Part shown: positions 33,789-38,904 of the stretch, in pieces
Layout: every line of letters begins with the position of its first letter
Position numbering within the stretch: position 1 is the stretch's first letter
From: Thraustotheca clavata
Lineage: Eukaryota
Direction: 5' to 3'
DNA: 38,904 nucleotides
NCBI GenBank assembly: GCA_002081575.1
Contig: JNBS01000055.1
Location: 1 to 38,904, forward strand
Translations under genes and position numbers: made by a program
Notes under the pieces: model-generated
Databases searched by the model: none
What the model saw: the letters and a program-made list of their open reading frames with translations, nothing else
What the model was told of the DNA's origin: nothing

Positions 33789-35499
33789 TCATTTAGACAT
33801 CATAATTTGCTTCTCTTTCTTACTACTTGTTGCTTCATATGTGGCTTCAATTGTACCTTTATTTGTAACTTCATTTGTAGCTTTCACAGGCTCAGTTTGC
33901 ATTGCTACAGGCAATAATGTTATTTCTTCTTCTTTTACCTCTACAGAGGACTCTGAAGGTTCTGATAAAGATAAAAGTTCGAGTTTCAAAGCTTCTTCAT
34001 CCACAGAATTCATTGTATCTACACCATCATAATGGAATTCTTGTACAAAGAGTTTATACCTTTGGAGAGTATTTCTTCAATTTGAGTTTGCTCTTCCACG
34101 ACTTCATTCCAAGACGATAAAGCTTCTTCAACCGATTCAACAGACAAGTGCAAAGTATCACGAGTTATTCGCAAGCTTTCAGTAGCAAGTTTGTACCCTT
34201 CAACAGTCTACTATAGCTTGAAACAAATGCAATTTTATTTGCAATACCCAAGCATTTACATGCATTGTTCGAAGCTTGTGTTTGGTTGATATCAAGTTGA
34301 GCAATGCATTTTGTCGATTCTCCAATTCAGTTTGCATCAACTTGACATGACGCCAAAAGTTAATGGCTTCTTTTGTAGCTCCACGCTTCTTGGAATCGAT
34401 AGCTTTGATTTGCATGGTATTGATCTAATAAAATCATTCTTTTCATGCTGTAAAATTGCAATATCACCTCAGTTTGCAATGTGGTGAGAGCTTTTTCAAT
34501 TTTTGAAATTGTATGATTGAGCAATAACATTGTATTGTCACATTCATTGACTTCAATGGATTTAGCATCTTTTCCAAAAAATTTAATCGCCTAAAAGCTA
34601 TGTTATTACGATAGAGATAGAGTAGCTCTACCGATTGTGTCATTGCTGCTTTTTTGGTGTAAACGAGGTGAATAGCAATCCATTGTAATTCTTCTGGTGG
34701 TAATTCCTCGAGAAAACGACGAACGTGACAAGAAGCAGTAGAGCTTGCAGATCGACAAAGAGAAAGAAAAGAATATTCATGCTCAAGGCAATCGGTATGC
34801 CCCAAGCAAAAAGTATAATCAAATACTTCATGATGTTGCAACACATAACCACTGACATGTGAACTTAATGCTGCAAGCACTGGCATTGACAAGTATGGAA
34901 TTGAATGCTGAGAATGGCTATTTGCTCCAACAAGTGCATTCCACAATGATTTCATTCCCCAGCGAAGAGGTGTTGTCATGGTAGTATTCACAATCCACCT
35001 ACCATCTTTTAATCACATCTTTCAATTCCATACAGATTACTTTAACATTGACTTTCTTTGACACATTTCCATAAACTGAGCTACTGTAATAGCTTCCTTC
35101 TTACTTACTAAAACATCCTACAAGCCATTATCAATCTCAATATATTACAACATCATACCAAAATATGATCAAACACAATTGGAACAGGCTCAATGCCATG
35201 TCTTTCAAAACGATACGGTAGCTCATTTCTTTGTATAAACACTGTTGGTTTCCACACAGGTACTTCATTTCCATTGCTTTGATATTGAAATCCTCTACAC
35301 ACAATTTACAACTCAAATATACAATTCTTCGTACCCAAGGCTCCAATGAATCGCAGAAACCCCTACAAAGATGCTCAACACTCGATAGAGCCTTTATATA
35401 CTTACATATCTCTGCCAAAGCCTCATCAGTCAATACACTCGAGCTATAAAGAGCTACCATACGCTCCTCATCGTCCCATTGTCTTCCAAACCCTCGCAT
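33789..35499 (-). CDS. CHMP7: CHMP7/Cmp7 (ESCRT-II/III hybrid), multi-exon
   Basis: N-terminal QWDDEERMVALY, a WGMKSLWN amphipathic helix, and a Snf7-like C-terminal part (KEAINFWRHVK...RQNALLNL...YKLATESLR...SVESVEEAL..WNEV.EEQ.QIEEIL...VDEEALKLELLSL). Exons are joined by short GT-AG introns. Confidence 0.75.
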
Positions 35500-35738
35500 T
35501 ATTCTCACTGGTATCCGGATTATCCGGAGTGCGTAATCATTGATATTTTTTAATAAGAAATGAGATGAAGATGGCAATGAAGAAAGAAAAGATGCGATGG
35601 ATGCAAGCTATAGACGAAAGCGATGGACTTTTGTGTATGTAGATAGATAGTAACGCTGTAGTGTAGGACTATTAGAATGAACGTTGGAGCCAATAGCTAA
35701 ATAAGGCGAAATATCACACGACCTTTCGGTGCAGGCTC

Positions 35739-37819
35739 ATGTCAGAGCAACAGGACGAAAGCTCTGCAATTGCTTCAAAGGATGTTGTATCTTCAGAACG
35801 AAGTAAACCTCGTCCAGGATACATTCGCACAACACCAGTTTGTATATGTGTCGTATAATTCATTGTAATTATGGTAGATGGCGTATTTGGACCCACGAGA
35901 AAATAAAGTAAAAAGACAAAGTCCAACGAATGATGCATTGTTAAGAGAAAGCCTTCAAGTACAAGCAGATTCAAATATGAGCGTGACTACAGCTACAACA
36001 CAACTTAAAGTTTTATGTCGAAAGTTTGCTGTATTATCTGAAAAAGTCAAGGTATATTGTAGTTGAAAGTAGTTCTGAATTGATTGTTAATAGCAAGAAG
36101 CAAAGCTGAGAGAAGAAGCTGAACGAGAAATTAAACGATTAAACGATATAATTGAAGGTAATTGAGTGAATATTATGCTCAAGAACGATGTGGTTATAGG
36201 CAATAAGAATATGGTTATTTCATCTACTAGAAGTGATACACAGGCACAAAATTCACATTGGAAATAGCTCAAAGAGGTTTTTGTAGATTTATATTCGCTC
36301 CTTACAAGATGATTTGGATCACACAAAACATGAATTACAATTGACTCAAGATGAACTAAAGAAAACAAAAACGGAATTGGAACGTGACCGTGGTGGTAGT
36401 CGATCATATCCGCTTGGATCATATTCTTATCGTACAAAAAGTTTGACATGTTTAGTGCTCAATGGTGAATAGAAGCTGATATTAGCCATGTTGTTGATCA
36501 TCAATCGAAATGGGATCGTGAACAAATGCAAAAGATTCAAGAAACTCTTACATGCACAATAAATGAGCTTCAAGATGAACTTTTGACAAAAGATCAACAA
36601 GCCGATGCTCTACGAGAAAATCTTCAACGAGGTTATTCCAATGTACTTTCTTCGCTAATCATTACGTAGAAAAGACAAAAGTTAAAGACTTGGAACGAAC
36701 AATACAAGTCATAGAAGATCAAGCTCAATCTGCTAAAGAAATTACAGCAAAGACAACTCAAGAGCTACGAGATGCTGCTGCAAACCAAAATAATGAACGT
36801 CATAAACTACACGTAAAGATATTCTGTCATTTTGTGTATATAATCGTGAATTAGCTAGCTCAGGAAACTATTAAAGAGGAAAGAAGCATTAAAGAAGCTC
36901 TACAACATCAATTAAAAACTTTGCACCAAGTGAATGATGCACTTCAGCGAAGATGTGATACACTTGTTCGAAGACTTAAATTGAATGACAATTTAAGCAT
37001 TGAAGTAGTTAAATATTAATCTCAATGCTCAGATATTTATCATTAGGCACAAAATTTAAAGACACAAATCCTTGAAATGGAACGTGAACATGAACATTTG
37101 TTGAAATCGGTAAACTAAAATGTATCAAGCATCTTTATTAAAGAAATTAGATGCGAGATTTAAAAAGTCAACACTTTGATCAAATTAACGATATAAAAGC
37201 TACTTTACATGAAGCCCATGCAACAAACCAAGAGCTTAACAAACGAATATTAGAGCAACAGACTGAAATGATGGGTTTGGTAGAAATTTCAGTAATAACA
37301 TTCTCACTTATGATATGGTTTAGAGATCTCAAAATGCTATCATTTCAGAGTATTCATCTTACAATCGGTCAAAATCTGAACCTGCAATTCCTTCTCGTAT
37401 ATTTCCAACAATGTTTTCACTCTATGTGGATCAAATGTTTATTATTCATATAGATACCAAGAACCATCAAGAACTCGTATATCTTCGTATCCCCCAGTAT
37501 CTGAAATACGCTCTGTGGAAAAGCACATTGTTCCTGAATTTAGAGATATTCCATTGAGTGTATAGCAAAAATGTTTAATGGGATATTCTCATGTATATTC
37601 TTCTTGTAGATGAAAACAAATCCTGAAAATGAACAACCACGGGGTAAAGTAGTTCGACAAAATGGAGAAAGTGATCACAGCATTTTACGAGCACTTAAAC
37701 ATCGCAACAAACAACTTCAGGAACGACTTCAGCAAGAAGCTGATGCAACATATCAATTGGAAGAAGAAATCAACATGATCACATCGTCATATCATAGTTT
37801 GCTTCAAAATGAAGCCTAA
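35739..37819 (+). CDS. Multi-exon coiled-coil hypothetical protein
   Basis: Exons from MSEQQDESSAIAS through many heptad-rich Q/E/L/K segments to ...SILRALKHRNKQLQERLQQEADATYQLEEEINMITSSYHSLLQNEA*, separated by ~40-nt introns. Confidence 0.7.
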
Positions 37820-37887
37820 AGTTGTTGTTCATTTTTATTTTATACATAAGTGGTCTTTTTCACATGCACTTGTTTCTTTGTGTTTAT

Positions 37888-38904
37888 TTATTGGGCTCGT
37901 GGGGATCGAGTTGGTCGTTGTCCTAAAAAAAATTAAGTCTTTGCCATCAAAAAATTTACATACCTTGCTCAAGGCGGGCAAGGTTAGCCTGGGTTATTTC
38001 ATCTTCGAGTTCTTCGGCTTCATACGTTTGATGATGGAACGATTCAGCTTGTTCTCCTTCGTCATTGATATCACATTGTGCATAGACATTGAAAATCTTG
38101 GCAAATAATTTGTAAATTTCAGCCACAGTGGCATCGTTCCATACAAGCATTGAGTCATCTTTTGTGCCTTCAGCTTCCAAAGTTTTCAAGAGACGATCAA
38201 ATTCATCACGAACTTGTGTATCCTGAACTTTAAGGCCTTGAAGACTCTTGGTTTCCTCATTAATAAGATTAGATAGATCTGCAAATTGGCTTTGGATATT
38301 TGATGTATCATCTCCAAGGGATTCTGTAGCTTGCAACTCCATATTAAGCTTGGTACGCTTTGTATCAGCATCAACGATGCGGTTTTTCATAAATTGAACA
38401 CAAATGGCTTGGGCAGACACGTACCGAAGTACTCCATCAATGTGTTGATTAGTTGTATCCTGCACCTTTTGAAGGAGAGCAGTAGATGATAATGTGTCAA
38501 GTGACGAGCGAAGACCACGGAATGTACCAACAATTTCTTGTTTCTTTTCCATGTTGTGAAGAGCACTCACAACACCAATGTTTTCATTGCCAAGACGTGT
38601 GATTTCTTCTTCAAAAGTCGCTTCAATCGTGACTAGTTCACCGATCATCTACATAAACATCAGTCATGTGATATTGCCAAGTCATCAACGTACATCTTCA
38701 TGAAGGTGATTGAGAATTCCAATACGAGATTCAACATCAGCAAGCATTTTACGCAATTCTTCATGACGAAATTTGAGTTCCATAAGTTCATTTGACACTT
38801 TGTCTTTCTTTTCTTGCCATGGGGCCATTTGAGCTTGTCTATCTCTGTGGAGTTGACTCAAACGTGCTTTAATAGAAGACACATCATCATTGCTTTGACC
38901 TTCC
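37888..38904 (-). CDS. Coiled-coil hypothetical protein, 3' part (5' end outside the window)
   Basis: ORFs 38685-38882 and 37956-38648 join via an intron. A further GT-AG intron (~37923-37964) gives a last exon GQRPTRSPRAQ* ending at 37888. Confidence 0.7.

Noticed and set aside
9488..35499. ATG3, UFL1, ERGIC3 and CHMP7 as an ER/autophagy/ubiquitin-like gene cluster
   Set aside because: They are interspersed with unrelated genes on both strands, and no shared regulatory signal was seen. Chance neighbourhood in a compact genome is sufficient.

Overview
This is eukaryotic genomic DNA: AT-rich, very gene-dense, with tiny (~38-50 nt) GT-AG introns. Gene content points to an oomycete, probably Saprolegniales (inferred from the TKL receptor-kinase style, the AP2-HDAC fusion and the ciliary gene; not verified). 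About 15 loci in order: IQ-motif class I methyltransferase (partial, -), peroxisomal enoyl-CoA hydratase 2 (-), decayed LRR-TM-TKL kinase (-), PHD-AP2-AP2-HDAC fusion (+), ATG3 (+), DUF501 protein (-), orphan helical protein (+), UFL1 (+), a ~3,500-aa nephrocystin-4 (NPHP4) (-), cysteinyl-tRNA synthetase (+), ERGIC3 (+), eIF2-gamma (+), CHMP7 (-) and two coiled-coil genes. The most striking object is NPHP4: a short linker of the canonical protein is replaced by ~1,800 aa carrying ~15 helix+EF-hand-pair units (~30 EF-hands), suggesting a Ca2+-responsive transition-zone scaffold. No RNA genes, CRISPR arrays or intact mobile elements were seen. All homology calls are from motif recognition by eye, and exon boundaries are manual.
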